A stretch of DNA of 46,238 bases. Origin: a virus. Taxonomy: Duplodnaviria > Caudoviricetes. Made by a program: the position numbers and the translations under genes. The stretch lies in the IMG/VR virus record IMGVR_UViG_3300037100_000084, positions 1 through 46,238 of that record; one strand, written 5' to 3'. Under the pieces are notes generated by a model. It made no database searches. It saw only the letters and a list, made by a program, of their open reading frames with translations, and had not been told where the DNA came from. This document shows positions 25,370 to 35,389 of the stretch, in pieces. Every line of letters begins with the position of its first letter. The stretch's first letter is position 1.

Positions 25370-27129
25370 GAGTAACCGAACGCTTTCGTGATAGCACTGC
25401 CGATTTGCCAGCCCATTTCTTTAGCCCCGTTGGTCGATCCGAACTGAGGTTGCTGCATGAGGTAGCTCGTGAGTTGGTCAGTTGAGGGTGGCGCGAGCGT
25501 CCCCGACCCGGTGCTCGAACTGGACGTCGACGATGTGCCACTTCCAATCGTCGCGCCGGCTCCGGTGATGGATGCTGCGCCAGCAGCGCCCGATGCCGGT
25601 GGTGCGGTCCCTGAGAGAATCCACGACCACTGAGGGTTGGTCAGGTCGATCGTGTCAGGGTCGGCGTTGCCGGTGTACTGGGCGATAATGCTTCGGATGT
25701 TGGCCGTCGCCTGGTAAAGGTCCTGGTCGTTGGCGACCGAGGAGTCAGTACCGATGGCACCGGCGAACGCCGGGTAGAGCATCTTCGCCTGGTTCTGCGC
25801 GTAGGTGGTGAAGCTCGCGACCGCGCCTTCCTGGAAATTAGCTTGCCCGGTGTCGCCAGCCAGCGCGGACTGGACCATGTTGGCGATCTGGGTCGGCGTC
25901 AGCGGCAGCATGTAGTTGCGCGCGATGGCGGTGTACTGGTTGTAGAGGTAGGCCGCGTCGCCCTGGCCAGCTATCGCGGTCGTCTGAGGACTCGTGGCCG
26001 TCGCCGCCTGGGTCGTCGTTGCAGCGCCGGTGAGTGTCGCAGTCAGGTCGGTGGTCTGAGCCATGGCGGTGATGTAGCCAAGGATCTGCTGCTCGGTCAC
26101 CATCGTCGAGTCGTAGGTGCTCACGCCAGTCGTACCGTTAATCGACTGAGACGCGACGGTCTTCGCAAGCGTCTGCACTTGCTCCTGAGTTAGGGGCACG
26201 CCGAGCGTGTTCGCGTCATTGGTGATTCGAGCTGCCGCTTCAGCGATCGCGCTCTGGGCAGACGCTGGGTCGTCGGCGCTGAGTTCATCCCAGTTGCGCG
26301 CGCCGGTCGTGGTGGTCTTGTACCAACTGGTGTTCTGAAGTTCGGAGTTGAAGAGGGCCGGGTCCTTGTCCCAGCCGAGGAGCGTGCCGGCCACGAGCAG
26401 GGTGCGGACCTCGGGAATGTTCGCGGCCCACGCTTCGGACCCGTAGTTCTTGTAGATGCCGTTGAGGATTCCTTGGATCCCGCCGGGCTGAGCGAGGGCC
26501 TCGTTGATCGCCTGTTCGACGTTGGCGCGCTGGCCAGCGGTCACGCCAGAAAGGTCGAATCCCTTGTAGGCGTTCGGGCCGGTGTACGGGGTTTCGATCT
26601 CCTTCGACTCGGCCGCGGTGAGACCGTTGGTGTTCGTGGTGTCCTGTTCTGCAACGGTCTGACCTGCTCCGTTCGCGGTCGCACCAGCGATTGCCGTTCC
26701 ACCCGCCGCGCTGACAACGTCGTTGGCGTAGGAGAGCGAATCGGCTCTGGCCGCAGGCGTGGCAGACCCTTCCCAGTTGGCGTCAGCGAGAGCTTGGCCG
26801 AGCGACTGGACTGTCGACGATGGGTTCGTCAGTTGCTGCAGCATCCCCGTGAGACCTTGATTGATCAGGTACTTGTGAAGGGCCACGTAGCCATCAGTGA
26901 CGTTTCCAAAAGTCTTAACGCCACTGGAGTTGAAGTTGCTCGACTTCAAGCCTTCGTTGTTCTCGATCGCGAGCGTGTTCGTCGGGTTGGTCTGGACGTC
27001 GGCCTCTTTGTTCTCCCACGCCTCTAGGAAGAGAAGACGCGGGTCATCAGGTCCCGTCGCCGGCGCCTTGAGATACTCGAGGAAGCCCGCGGCCCACTGC
27101 TCCGCGGTCTGTGGTTGCGCCGCGGCCAT
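25366..27129 (-). CDS. Putative internal virion protein with N-terminal lysozyme-like domain
   Basis: WA..FL..L.AP....FL.AW...E....NP.NT...FNS.GVK.F....G pattern. Confidence 0.6.
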   Translation of the reverse strand: MAAAQPQTAEQWAAGFLEYLKAPATGPDDPRLLFLEAWENKEADVQTNPTNTLAIENNEGLKSSNFNSSGVKTFGNVTDGYVALHKYLINQGLTGMLQQLTNPSSTVQSLGQALADANWEGSATPAARADSLSYANDVVSAAGGTAIAGATANGAGQTVAEQDTTNTNGLTAAESKEIETPYTGPNAYKGFDLSGVTAGQRANVEQAINEALAQPGGIQGILNGIYKNYGSEAWAANIPEVRTLLVAGTLLGWDKDPALFNSELQNTSWYKTTTTGARNWDELSADDPASAQSAIAEAAARITNDANTLGVPLTQEQVQTLAKTVASQSINGTTGVSTYDSTMVTEQQILGYITAMAQTTDLTATLTGAATTTQAATATSPQTTAIAGQGDAAYLYNQYTAIARNYMLPLTPTQIANMVQSALAGDTGQANFQEGAVASFTTYAQNQAKMLYPAFAGAIGTDSSVANDQDLYQATANIRSIIAQYTGNADPDTIDLTNPQWSWILSGTAPPASGAAGAASITGAGATIGSGTSSTSSSSTGSGTLAPPSTDQLTSYLMQQPQFGSTNGAKEMGWQIGSAITKAFGYS

Positions 27130-28400
27130 TAGGGCGCTCCCACCAGTGGCGTCGTGGCGATGAGGCCGCCTGAGGCGCTCTGGCTAGTTGGCGAACTCGG
27201 AGTAGTCGGCTGCTGAAGGTCCCCGGACAAGGCGCGCTGGATGAGACCGTAGAGGTCCGAGCTTCCCGTCGCGTCGTACATGGAGGGGTTGATGCTCTTC
27301 GCGGTGGCGATGGCTTCAGCGTCGAGGTCGGGCGCGGCCTTGGTTGCTACTGCTGTCGGTCCTGGCGTCGCCGCAGCCTGGTCTGCCAAGGTGACGTTGC
27401 CAGACTGAAGATCCTTCATTTGCTGCTGCAGTTGCGAGACGTCGTTGAGGTCATTCTTCTTCTCCCCTGTGACTTCATTCTGCTCGGCGCTGACCTGGGC
27501 TTGAGAGAAGGCGCTCGCGAACTGGTCGATCTGGGCTGCGGTGAGGTTGATCCCCATGGAGTCGGCGGCGGTCTGAAGCGTCTGCTTGACCTGATTGGGG
27601 TCGGTGAGATCGACGCTCGAGCTCGTCGCGGAGTAGCCCGCCTCCTGGGCTGAGTTCATTTTTTCTTGGACGGCCTGCATGTCGCTGACGAGTTGGGGCG
27701 CGGCACTGCCAGCGGCGAGAAGAGAGGACGCCGAGACCAGCCCCCCGGTGCTTCCAGCGTCCTCGCCTAAAGCCTTCCACGCGTCTTTGGTCGCGGTGTC
27801 GAGAGTTCCGTAACTGGCCCACGACTTCGAGGTGTAGTAGCCGCCGGCCTTCAGTTGCTGTTGGACCTTGATGAGCTCGGCTTTGTCACCCTGGAGACTC
27901 GAGATCACGTTCATAAAGTCATCGAACGACATCGTCGTGCCGCCGCCAGACTGGGTGGTCTCGTCGGTCGCGGGCGCGGCGAAGTCAGGCTTCTCGCCGA
28001 CGAGGGTGAACGGGACGACGATCGCAGCTTCAGCGGCCGTGACACCGGGAGGGTTCGTGGTCGTGGCAGTCGCGGCCGTGCCGACTGGCGTCCCGAGTCC
28101 ATCGGTGCCGGCGTACTTGTTCAGTTGGCTAGCTGCAGATCCGGCCGGCGGCGCTGTCGTGGTGGTCGTGGGAGCCAGCGTGGTGGTCGTAGTCGGCGCC
28201 CCACTTTTGGTCACAGGCTGTCCGTTCGCCTCGAGCGTGACGCCGGCCTTCGAGGGGATCGACGAGGGGGGCGTCGGCATGTCCTTGAGGCTCTTCAGGA
28301 CGTAGGTGTAGACGTCGGAGTTGTGAGCGGTGAGGTACCCCGAGGGCGCTGCGGGTGGCTTCCCGTTGGCGGGCATCGGATACCAGGTGTAGTTAGCCAC
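27129..28400 (-). CDS. Putative internal virion protein
   Basis: Thr-rich tracts; VQQQLKAGGYY...G..D..T..A resembles a peptidoglycan-binding helix pair. Confidence 0.6.
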   Translation of the reverse strand: MANYTWYPMPANGKPPAAPSGYLTAHNSDVYTYVLKSLKDMPTPPSSIPSKAGVTLEANGQPVTKSGAPTTTTTLAPTTTTTAPPAGSAASQLNKYAGTDGLGTPVGTAATATTTNPPGVTAAEAAIVVPFTLVGEKPDFAAPATDETTQSGGGTTMSFDDFMNVISSLQGDKAELIKVQQQLKAGGYYTSKSWASYGTLDTATKDAWKALGEDAGSTGGLVSASSLLAAGSAAPQLVSDMQAVQEKMNSAQEAGYSATSSSVDLTDPNQVKQTLQTAADSMGINLTAAQIDQFASAFSQAQVSAEQNEVTGEKKNDLNDVSQLQQQMKDLQSGNVTLADQAAATPGPTAVATKAAPDLDAEAIATAKSINPSMYDATGSSDLYGLIQRALSGDLQQPTTPSSPTSQSASGGLIATTPLVGAP

Positions 28401-28418
28401 GGGTCAAGTGTTCCACGA

Positions 28419-31400
28419 TTAACCCGGCGTTTGCTTCATAAGGACGCCGTTCCAAAATGGTGCGACCGCGGGGTACGCGGCGGCGTACTGGTTGCCCCAC
28501 GTAATGAAGTTCTCCTTCTCGACCGTCGCGGCGTGCGTTCCCTTGTTGCCGGGCTGTCCGTCGACTCCGTTGTAGGCCGCTGAGACCTGGTCGTATGCGG
28601 CCATCATCACTTCGATCTGCTTGGACCATTCGGTCTTGGGCAACGCGTCGTTGAGGATGGCGTGCTGGAGGTCCTGGACAATGAGTCCACGTCGCGCAGC
28701 TGCTTGGCTTCCCTCGGTCACAACCTGCTCAGCGAAGATCGGGTTGGCCTGGTCGAAGTTCGTCTTGAACTCGGCCCACTTGTCCTGGACTTCCTTCTCG
28801 GTCGCGCCGGTCATGCCGACCTGGGCCTGAGCCTGCTCGTAGGTGAGGCCAGTCGCCGCCTGCGCCTCGACAGAAATCGCGGACGTTGGTGATTCGGCCG
28901 CTTCCATGAGGCTCTCGAGCGGGTAGTAGGTGGCTGCCGCCTGGCTGAACTTGTAGTCCTGATACCAGCCGTCGGTCGAACCGGGCGTCGAGAGTGGACG
29001 CCGAGAGCGAAGACCTTCGGAGATCTCCGTGTCGTAGGAGTCGGAGTTGAAGAGACCCTTCGCCGCCTTGGCTGGGATGGCCCACGGCGCGAGCGCTGGG
29101 TACGTCTCGAAGAAATTCGAGTTGTCGCTGATGAACTTCTGAGCTTGAACGGTGGCCGGGACGTAGGTGCCGGACTCGCCGACCTGTGACGTCGTCGACT
29201 CGAAGATCGTGTCAGCAGTCGCGTTGGGGTACGCCTTGATGAACGCAGCCACGGCCTCGTCGTAGGGCATCTCACTCATCAGCGCTGAGAGTGCCGCGCC
29301 CGCGCCGTTGTCGTTGATCTGAATGTTGGGCGACGCCGGCGCGAGGAGACCGGCCCACGCGCGAATCAGGATCAGGTTCTTGGTCCAGTTCGCGACCTTG
29401 TCGATGTATTGCTGGAGGTCCGTGGCGTTGGTCTGCTGCTGGGCGGTGAGGTCGTGGCCCGACGAGGTGAGGTACTGCAGCGCCTGGACAGCGGCCGACA
29501 TGTAGAGCGATGATCCGATGTTGGTGGTGGCGTTACCGGGCTCTTGCTTCGTGCCACCGCTGGGCTCGTTGTACCACTCCGAGAGCCGGCTCGCGATCGA
29601 GGGCAGCATCTGATCGATGACCTGCGTGGCCCAGTCGCCGTTCTTCTCGGGCGGTGCTTGAGGGCCGAGAATGCTCTGGGCGATGGGCTCGAGGTGTGGG
29701 AAGAAGCCCGCGAGAATCGACATTGGCACGGTGGCGATGGGACCGAACGAGGGCCATGGTGCCCCACCAGTGGTGAGGGTCGGGTTCAGTGCGGAGATCT
29801 CGCCAGTGAAGGACGCCTGCACCGGGACGTTCGCGTGAAAGATCGAGTTGGCGAGGAAGCCGAGCATCGTCTGGCTGCCGGGGTAAACGAAGGCTTCCTT
29901 ACCGTACTGATCGGTTGTGACAAAGCCGACTGACTTGAGCCCATTCATGGTCTGGCTGAGCTTGTACCATGCCTCGGGGTAGGTCGCGAAGAGTCGAAAC
30001 CAGCGCTTATAGAACTGCTCCTGGGCGAACCAGAAGGGCCAGAGGTTGCGGGTGATCACGCTGAACTGCGAGCGACTTTGGGGATCGTGGATGAAGGGGA
30101 TCGTCATGTGGAACGCGCGGTCCATGGCGATGTCGTGGGCGAGCGCGTCGACAAGAGCGCTGTGCTCCTCCTCGGTCATGCCTTCGGTCATCTTCACCAG
30201 GCCGCGTGCGGTGATCATCGTCTTGGCCTGGTCGAGGGAGATGGCGTAGTTGTAGGTGAAGATCGGCTGGCGACTGAGCCAGTTGGCAGGGCGTCCAACG
30301 GCTTCCTTCATCCCGTACTCCATGATGCGGTTGATGATCCCACCGCTCTCGATCTTCGCGATCTGCTTGGGTGCGAGGATCTCGGTTGGCCAGTGGAGAC
30401 GCTCCACCTTCTCGAGCTCGGTGGCGTCGGGCACGATGCCCTGGCCGAGACGGTCGATGAGCAAGTTCCGCGACCCGTCGCCTTCCTTGCCGTGCACGAC
30501 ATCGCCCGACTCGAAGACGCCACGCGTGTCGGGATGCGCACCGATGTGCTGCATCTCGTCGATGTGGGTCAGGTAGTCGTTGACGTTGCCGCCGCCGTTG
30601 TACCCGATCATCTCGTAGAACTCTTTGCGTTGAGCCTCGCTAGGCCCATGGTTCATCTGGTCGCTGAGCTCGTGCAGTTTCGCGGCATCCGCGTGGTTTC
30701 GTGCGACGTATATCCAGTCGCCGTCGCTCACTACATGGAGCCCTGCGCGCCTGGCCTCGTCCTCATAACTGATGTCTTCCGGGTCGCCATCATCCTTTAT
30801 TTCGGCTGCTCTCTTACTTCCAGATGCGACGTCTTCAATCATCCGCTGGCTCAATCGGTGTGCGTCGCCGGGCATGCTGACGTGGCCGTCGTGCGCGGCC
30901 TCGGGGTAGCGCGCGTCATATGCCGCTTGGCCCGATGCGGGATGGTAGTCATAGTCACGTCGAGCCACGTCGATCGGGACGTCGATTTTGTAGACCTCGC
31001 CGTCAGTACCCGCGCGGTCCATAGCCGACTGGAAGTTCGGAGTCCAAGAGCGCCCGGGGTTGCGAAGCGCTGGCAGTCCCTCCTGAGAGGTCGTCGCGTT
31101 CTCGGCCTTGAAGAGACGCACCTCGCCCTTCGCGATCCCGCTGTAGGGGTTGGTGTCGTTGGCCGGATCGATCTGGCGGTCGACGTCGCGTGTCCCGATC
31201 TTCCACGGCGTCTTTGCAGTGAGGGAGTCGGCGAGTCGGATGGGCTGAGGACCGTCGACAGCCTCGCGAGTGGCGTCTTCGTTGTCGGCGTGCATCTTCC
31301 AGTTGGTGCTCGTCGTGCCGTCAGGCAGTGTGAACTCTTGGCCGTGGTCGGTCATGGTGAAGTGGTTCACGTGGTTGACCAGCGCGTTCGCCCAGTCGTT

Positions 31401-34400
31401 GTTGATCTCTTCCTGGGTCGCCGTGCCGTCGGCGACCGTGCCACCAGCCTTGGTCTTGTACCCCACGCGGAAGTCAGAGATCAGCTTGTTGTGACGCTCC
31501 ATCTCGCTGCGAGCGGCCTGTAACAGGGTGCGAGTACCTTCATTCGAGTCGGCAGCGAACGCGGCCTGGCGGTCCTCGATCTTCGCGGCGATGCGCCGGC
31601 CGGTGATGATGTCCAAAGCGGTCTGCATCTGCGCGTCGCGCCCGCCACTGGCGTTGGCCGCGGCGATGCGCCTGAGCCACGGGTCGGTCGCGATGCCGCT
31701 CAGTTGGAAGTGCAGAGGGTCGATGAAGTCTTGTGACTCGTTGCCGTAGGACTGGTACGGGCCGGTGCGACTGATCGAGACCGGTGTCCCCTCGAGCGTC
31801 TGGATAGGCGCCTCTTGGTCGCTGCGTCCGATGTCACCGATGTAGATAGGCGTGTGGCCACTGATGTTGTCGATGTGCTCAGCGAAGGGCGTGTCGAGTA
31901 CTCCGCGGTCGGCGAGCGACTTGGCACCGTCCATGATGACGTCGGGGGTGAAGGCCGTGCCGGCTCGACGAAGCCACTGAACGGCGTGCCAGCCCTGGAT
32001 CGATGCGAGGATCTCGCCGCGGGTCTTGATCAGGCGCTGTGCCTCTTCAGGAATGTGGCTGGTGAGCGCGTTATACATTTTCCCAGCGTCGAGCTTGTTC
32101 ATGGCGCCAACGTCGCTGGCGTCGATGTTGAGATCAGCGGCCTTGGCGAGCACTGCGGCCTGGCGCGCTTCTTTCGTAGCGTTGGCCGTGTTCTCAATCG
32201 AACTGGCGACACGACCCTGCAGGTACGCGGCCGGCCCGTGACGAAGGATGAAGCTCAGCGCCTCCTCGCCGGCGAAGCGAACGGCGAAGCCGGGCCGGAG
32301 CAGCACGACGCGCTTCCAGTATGTCTGCATGAAGCGATCGAACATGTCCTGGTTGAGGCCCATTTGCATGGCCGACATGAACATCGACTTCTTGCCGAAC
32401 TGATAGACCTCGCGAAAGTTCGGCAGTGCGCGCAGATTGGAGAGCTGCGTGGGAGCGATGGCGTTGTCTTGGACCGGCGCGGTCGGATCCTTCGGGTTCG
32501 CGTACTTCGCGTTCTCGCCGTAGGAGTAGTGCTCGCGGTTCCAAAATTCATCGATCCACTGTTGGCCCTCGGGCGTCTTGTCGATGCCGGCGTAGGCGAA
32601 GCCGTCGTTGATCAGCGCCTTCAGGAAGTCGTCCTTCATGTCCGTCGACGTGAGCATTGACCAGCCGTTGCGAGCCTGGACGACCTTGTCCTCGGGCAGT
32701 GAGAGCGAGCGAGCGAGACGCTCAATCTGAGTGGCGTTCTCAGAGTCAGTGAGATCGATCCAGGTCTTCGGTTCGATGTTGGTGAGACGTCGACCCATAC
32801 GAGCGACGAAGCCGAGGTCCGCACTGTCTTCCTTCTCAGCTTCGATGGCGTCGCGCGCGGCGTTGCCGAATGCCTCGGTAGTGAGTTGGTTGAGCGACAT
32901 GGCGCCGGGGTTGAAGCGACGTCCCTGCAGGACCTTGTTGCCAACACCACGGAGATCCTCGAGTACGGCCTGGGGAATGGTGAGGTGAGGAAGGAGTACT
33001 CCGTTCTTGTAGAGACCACCGGCCTTGCCGCGAAAGAGGTTGGTGAGCGCCTGGTCCTTGGCCATCATCTCGCCGACGCCGACCTCGGGCGTGCCGGCCT
33101 GCAGGGTCTCGACGATGCGCGGGTACGCCTCGGTGATGTCGTGCTCCATGCCAACCGTCGAGATCCCGAGCTTGTCGAGGGCTGCGAAGTTGGGCGTCGA
33201 CGCGACCTTGGTCCCTTCGAGCGTCCCCTTCCCAAAGTCCTCAGTGACGGCCTTGGCGAACGAGTTCGCGAATCGCTTCGCGCCACCGATGTTCTTGAAA
33301 TACTGCAGGACGTCGCGGCCACCGCCCATCGAGTCGAGCGCCGTCGCGGAGTACTTCGCGGCCTTGAAGGCGCTGTTGGCCTGCATCCCGACAAAGAGGG
33401 GGTTGAGGTACCAGCCATTGAGCCCGTCCATGATGCCCGAGATCGGGTTGATCTTCATGCCGAATGGACTGATCTGGGTGGCTTGGTCGGGCGTCTCGCC
33501 ACGTGCAGTGGCGAGCGCGCTGGATCCCGCGAGGAGTCCACCAGTCCCGAGTGCGACAGCACCGCGGAGAGTCCCCGCACTTTCAAGCGCGGACGGTGCC
33601 TCCGTCGCTGCAAGGTCAAAGCCACCTTCGGTCGCCGCGCCACCGAGAGCGTCGCCGAGCGCCGGCCCGACGCCCCCGCTGTAGATCGCGGCCGCGGCTG
33701 CTGCAGCAGCGGACGTGTCGGTCGCGACTCGCACCCCCTCAATAGCACCGGTCTTCGTGAAAGGGTCGACGTCGTGCATCTGCTGAGCGCTGAGCCCACC
33801 AAAGAGCATCTGGCCGATCGAGAGGTGCGAGTCACTGAGAAGTTTCACAGCATCCATGAACTTGGGGTTCGACTGGATGAGCGCCGCTGCCTGGGCGCGC
33901 TCGCTCTGGGGAAGCGACGCGAGGCCAGCCTTCAGTGCGCCGGACGGGTCACTCGTTCCACCGTTCGCTGCGACGACCTTTGCGAGCGCGAGCGTCGGGC
34001 CAGTGATGCCCATGAACTTCTGGACGTACTGGATCGACGCCGGTTGAAAACTTGACGCACCGTTCTTGACCGCGCCCCAGTTGTGGAGGAGCGCTGAGGG
34101 GTCGAGGATGTGTAGCCAGTCGCTGACGCGCTGGCCAACGCTTTGCTGGGTGGACTCTTCGATGAGATTTGGAGAGTTCGTTGGTGCCGTGGGGCTCTCG
34201 CCGAGGAGACTTCGCTGCGCGGTGAGCGCGACGTCGCGCTCGGCCTGATTGATTGGCTTCATGGCCGCACCGAACACCTCGCCAGGCCCCTTGATGGCGA
34301 CATCGTTGACTCCTTGACCGACGTCGCCGGCGTAATGGCGCACCTTGTCGAAGACCGACGAGCCGGCGTGACGAACATCGTCGGCCGCGTGGACAATCGA

Positions 34401-34856
34401 GTGCCAGAACCCGCCGCTCGAGGCTTGCTTGGCGACGTCCTGCTCCTTCGGCGGGATGTAGCCACCCTGGATCAGCATCGACTTTGTCGAGTCCGAGAGG
34501 TTCTTCCAGTAGTTCGACTGCCAGTCGACGTCCTGCTTTTGGAGCATTTTGGCCATCTTCGAAGCGGTCTGTTGGGCGGTGACGACCTGCGCGCGTATCG
34601 CAGCATCGTTGGCAGTGGTCGCCGAGGACGCAACGCCGACGACTGACGCCGGATCGAGGGTGGGTGCTGCGTTCGCCGCGGCCGCGAGCTTGTCGCCGAT
34701 CGGCGTGGTGGTGACGGGACCGCCGATCGGCGTCGACGTGGCAGCTGCAACGCCGCTGGTGTTGGGCGTGAGGGTCGGCTGGGTCGTTGTCGTGGTCGGA
34801 GGAGGAGTGATCGGCCCGGTGGTGACCGGGCCCCCCGCGCCCATGGTGTCGGTCAT
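28419..34856 (-). CDS. Giant (2145 aa) internal virion / DNA-ejection protein
   Basis: Size, helical composition, WK..VLLRPGF..R and PF..AQEQF..RW motifs, podovirus-like synteny. Confidence 0.7.
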   Translation of the reverse strand: MTDTMGAGGPVTTGPITPPPTTTTTQPTLTPNTSGVAAATSTPIGGPVTTTPIGDKLAAAANAAPTLDPASVVGVASSATTANDAAIRAQVVTAQQTASKMAKMLQKQDVDWQSNYWKNLSDSTKSMLIQGGYIPPKEQDVAKQASSGGFWHSIVHAADDVRHAGSSVFDKVRHYAGDVGQGVNDVAIKGPGEVFGAAMKPINQAERDVALTAQRSLLGESPTAPTNSPNLIEESTQQSVGQRVSDWLHILDPSALLHNWGAVKNGASSFQPASIQYVQKFMGITGPTLALAKVVAANGGTSDPSGALKAGLASLPQSERAQAAALIQSNPKFMDAVKLLSDSHLSIGQMLFGGLSAQQMHDVDPFTKTGAIEGVRVATDTSAAAAAAAAIYSGGVGPALGDALGGAATEGGFDLAATEAPSALESAGTLRGAVALGTGGLLAGSSALATARGETPDQATQISPFGMKINPISGIMDGLNGWYLNPLFVGMQANSAFKAAKYSATALDSMGGGRDVLQYFKNIGGAKRFANSFAKAVTEDFGKGTLEGTKVASTPNFAALDKLGISTVGMEHDITEAYPRIVETLQAGTPEVGVGEMMAKDQALTNLFRGKAGGLYKNGVLLPHLTIPQAVLEDLRGVGNKVLQGRRFNPGAMSLNQLTTEAFGNAARDAIEAEKEDSADLGFVARMGRRLTNIEPKTWIDLTDSENATQIERLARSLSLPEDKVVQARNGWSMLTSTDMKDDFLKALINDGFAYAGIDKTPEGQQWIDEFWNREHYSYGENAKYANPKDPTAPVQDNAIAPTQLSNLRALPNFREVYQFGKKSMFMSAMQMGLNQDMFDRFMQTYWKRVVLLRPGFAVRFAGEEALSFILRHGPAAYLQGRVASSIENTANATKEARQAAVLAKAADLNIDASDVGAMNKLDAGKMYNALTSHIPEEAQRLIKTRGEILASIQGWHAVQWLRRAGTAFTPDVIMDGAKSLADRGVLDTPFAEHIDNISGHTPIYIGDIGRSDQEAPIQTLEGTPVSISRTGPYQSYGNESQDFIDPLHFQLSGIATDPWLRRIAAANASGGRDAQMQTALDIITGRRIAAKIEDRQAAFAADSNEGTRTLLQAARSEMERHNKLISDFRVGYKTKAGGTVADGTATQEEINNDWANALVNHVNHFTMTDHGQEFTLPDGTTSTNWKMHADNEDATREAVDGPQPIRLADSLTAKTPWKIGTRDVDRQIDPANDTNPYSGIAKGEVRLFKAENATTSQEGLPALRNPGRSWTPNFQSAMDRAGTDGEVYKIDVPIDVARRDYDYHPASGQAAYDARYPEAAHDGHVSMPGDAHRLSQRMIEDVASGSKRAAEIKDDGDPEDISYEDEARRAGLHVVSDGDWIYVARNHADAAKLHELSDQMNHGPSEAQRKEFYEMIGYNGGGNVNDYLTHIDEMQHIGAHPDTRGVFESGDVVHGKEGDGSRNLLIDRLGQGIVPDATELEKVERLHWPTEILAPKQIAKIESGGIINRIMEYGMKEAVGRPANWLSRQPIFTYNYAISLDQAKTMITARGLVKMTEGMTEEEHSALVDALAHDIAMDRAFHMTIPFIHDPQSRSQFSVITRNLWPFWFAQEQFYKRWFRLFATYPEAWYKLSQTMNGLKSVGFVTTDQYGKEAFVYPGSQTMLGFLANSIFHANVPVQASFTGEISALNPTLTTGGAPWPSFGPIATVPMSILAGFFPHLEPIAQSILGPQAPPEKNGDWATQVIDQMLPSIASRLSEWYNEPSGGTKQEPGNATTNIGSSLYMSAAVQALQYLTSSGHDLTAQQQTNATDLQQYIDKVANWTKNLILIRAWAGLLAPASPNIQINDNGAGAALSALMSEMPYDEAVAAFIKAYPNATADTIFESTTSQVGESGTYVPATVQAQKFISDNSNFFETYPALAPWAIPAKAAKGLFNSDSYDTEISEGLRSRRPLSTPGSTDGWYQDYKFSQAAATYYPLESLMEAAESPTSAISVEAQAATGLTYEQAQAQVGMTGATEKEVQDKWAEFKTNFDQANPIFAEQVVTEGSQAAARRGLIVQDLQHAILNDALPKTEWSKQIEVMMAAYDQVSAAYNGVDGQPGNKGTHAATVEKENFITWGNQYAAAYPAVAPFWNGVLMKQTPG

Positions 34857-35389
34857 CGGCCGAGAAAGTTGCCCTGGAAGGGACTCGTGGGCACGGGGGA
34901 TGTTCCCGCAGTGGCCATCGCTTGAGCGGCAAGCGCCTTCAGCGCGGAACTACCGCTCGCCTGAGCCGCTTCTTGGAGGATGTTCGCGATTGTCATGTCG
35001 CTCTGGCCCGGGATCGACTGAGCCATCGGGTCTGTAGGTCCTGGTGCCATGGGCGCGCCGGCGGTCACCGACTCGAGCGGCCGCTGAGTGGGAGCAAAGA
35101 GCGGTGTCACAGCCGGGTGATAGTTCTTCATGGCCTGGTGCGCCGCGTGAGCGCCGGGAGAAACTCCAGGAGGTGCTGGCGTCTCGGCAGCAGCCGCGGC
35201 TAAGGCACTGCCCTCGCCGTAAGGCTCTGGTGACGTCCCAGCGCCGGCACGAGCGAGGGCTCCAGTTACGGCGCTCCGCGGTGCATTACCGTTCGGCTGG
35301 CCTGACTTCGGATTCGAGACGTTTCCGTTCGTTATCTCCCCGTCACTTCGAACGCCTGCGGCGCGAGGCTTGGCGGCGCGCGGGCTCAT
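34853..35389 (-). CDS. Low-complexity Pro/Ala-rich protein after portal
   Basis: YGE and PLFAPTQRP.E.VTAG motifs; ATGA overlaps. Confidence 0.7.
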   Translation of the reverse strand: MSPRAAKPRAAGVRSDGEITNGNVSNPKSGQPNGNAPRSAVTGALARAGAGTSPEPYGEGSALAAAAAETPAPPGVSPGAHAAHQAMKNYHPAVTPLFAPTQRPLESVTAGAPMAPGPTDPMAQSIPGQSDMTIANILQEAAQASGSSALKALAAQAMATAGTSPVPTSPFQGNFLGR

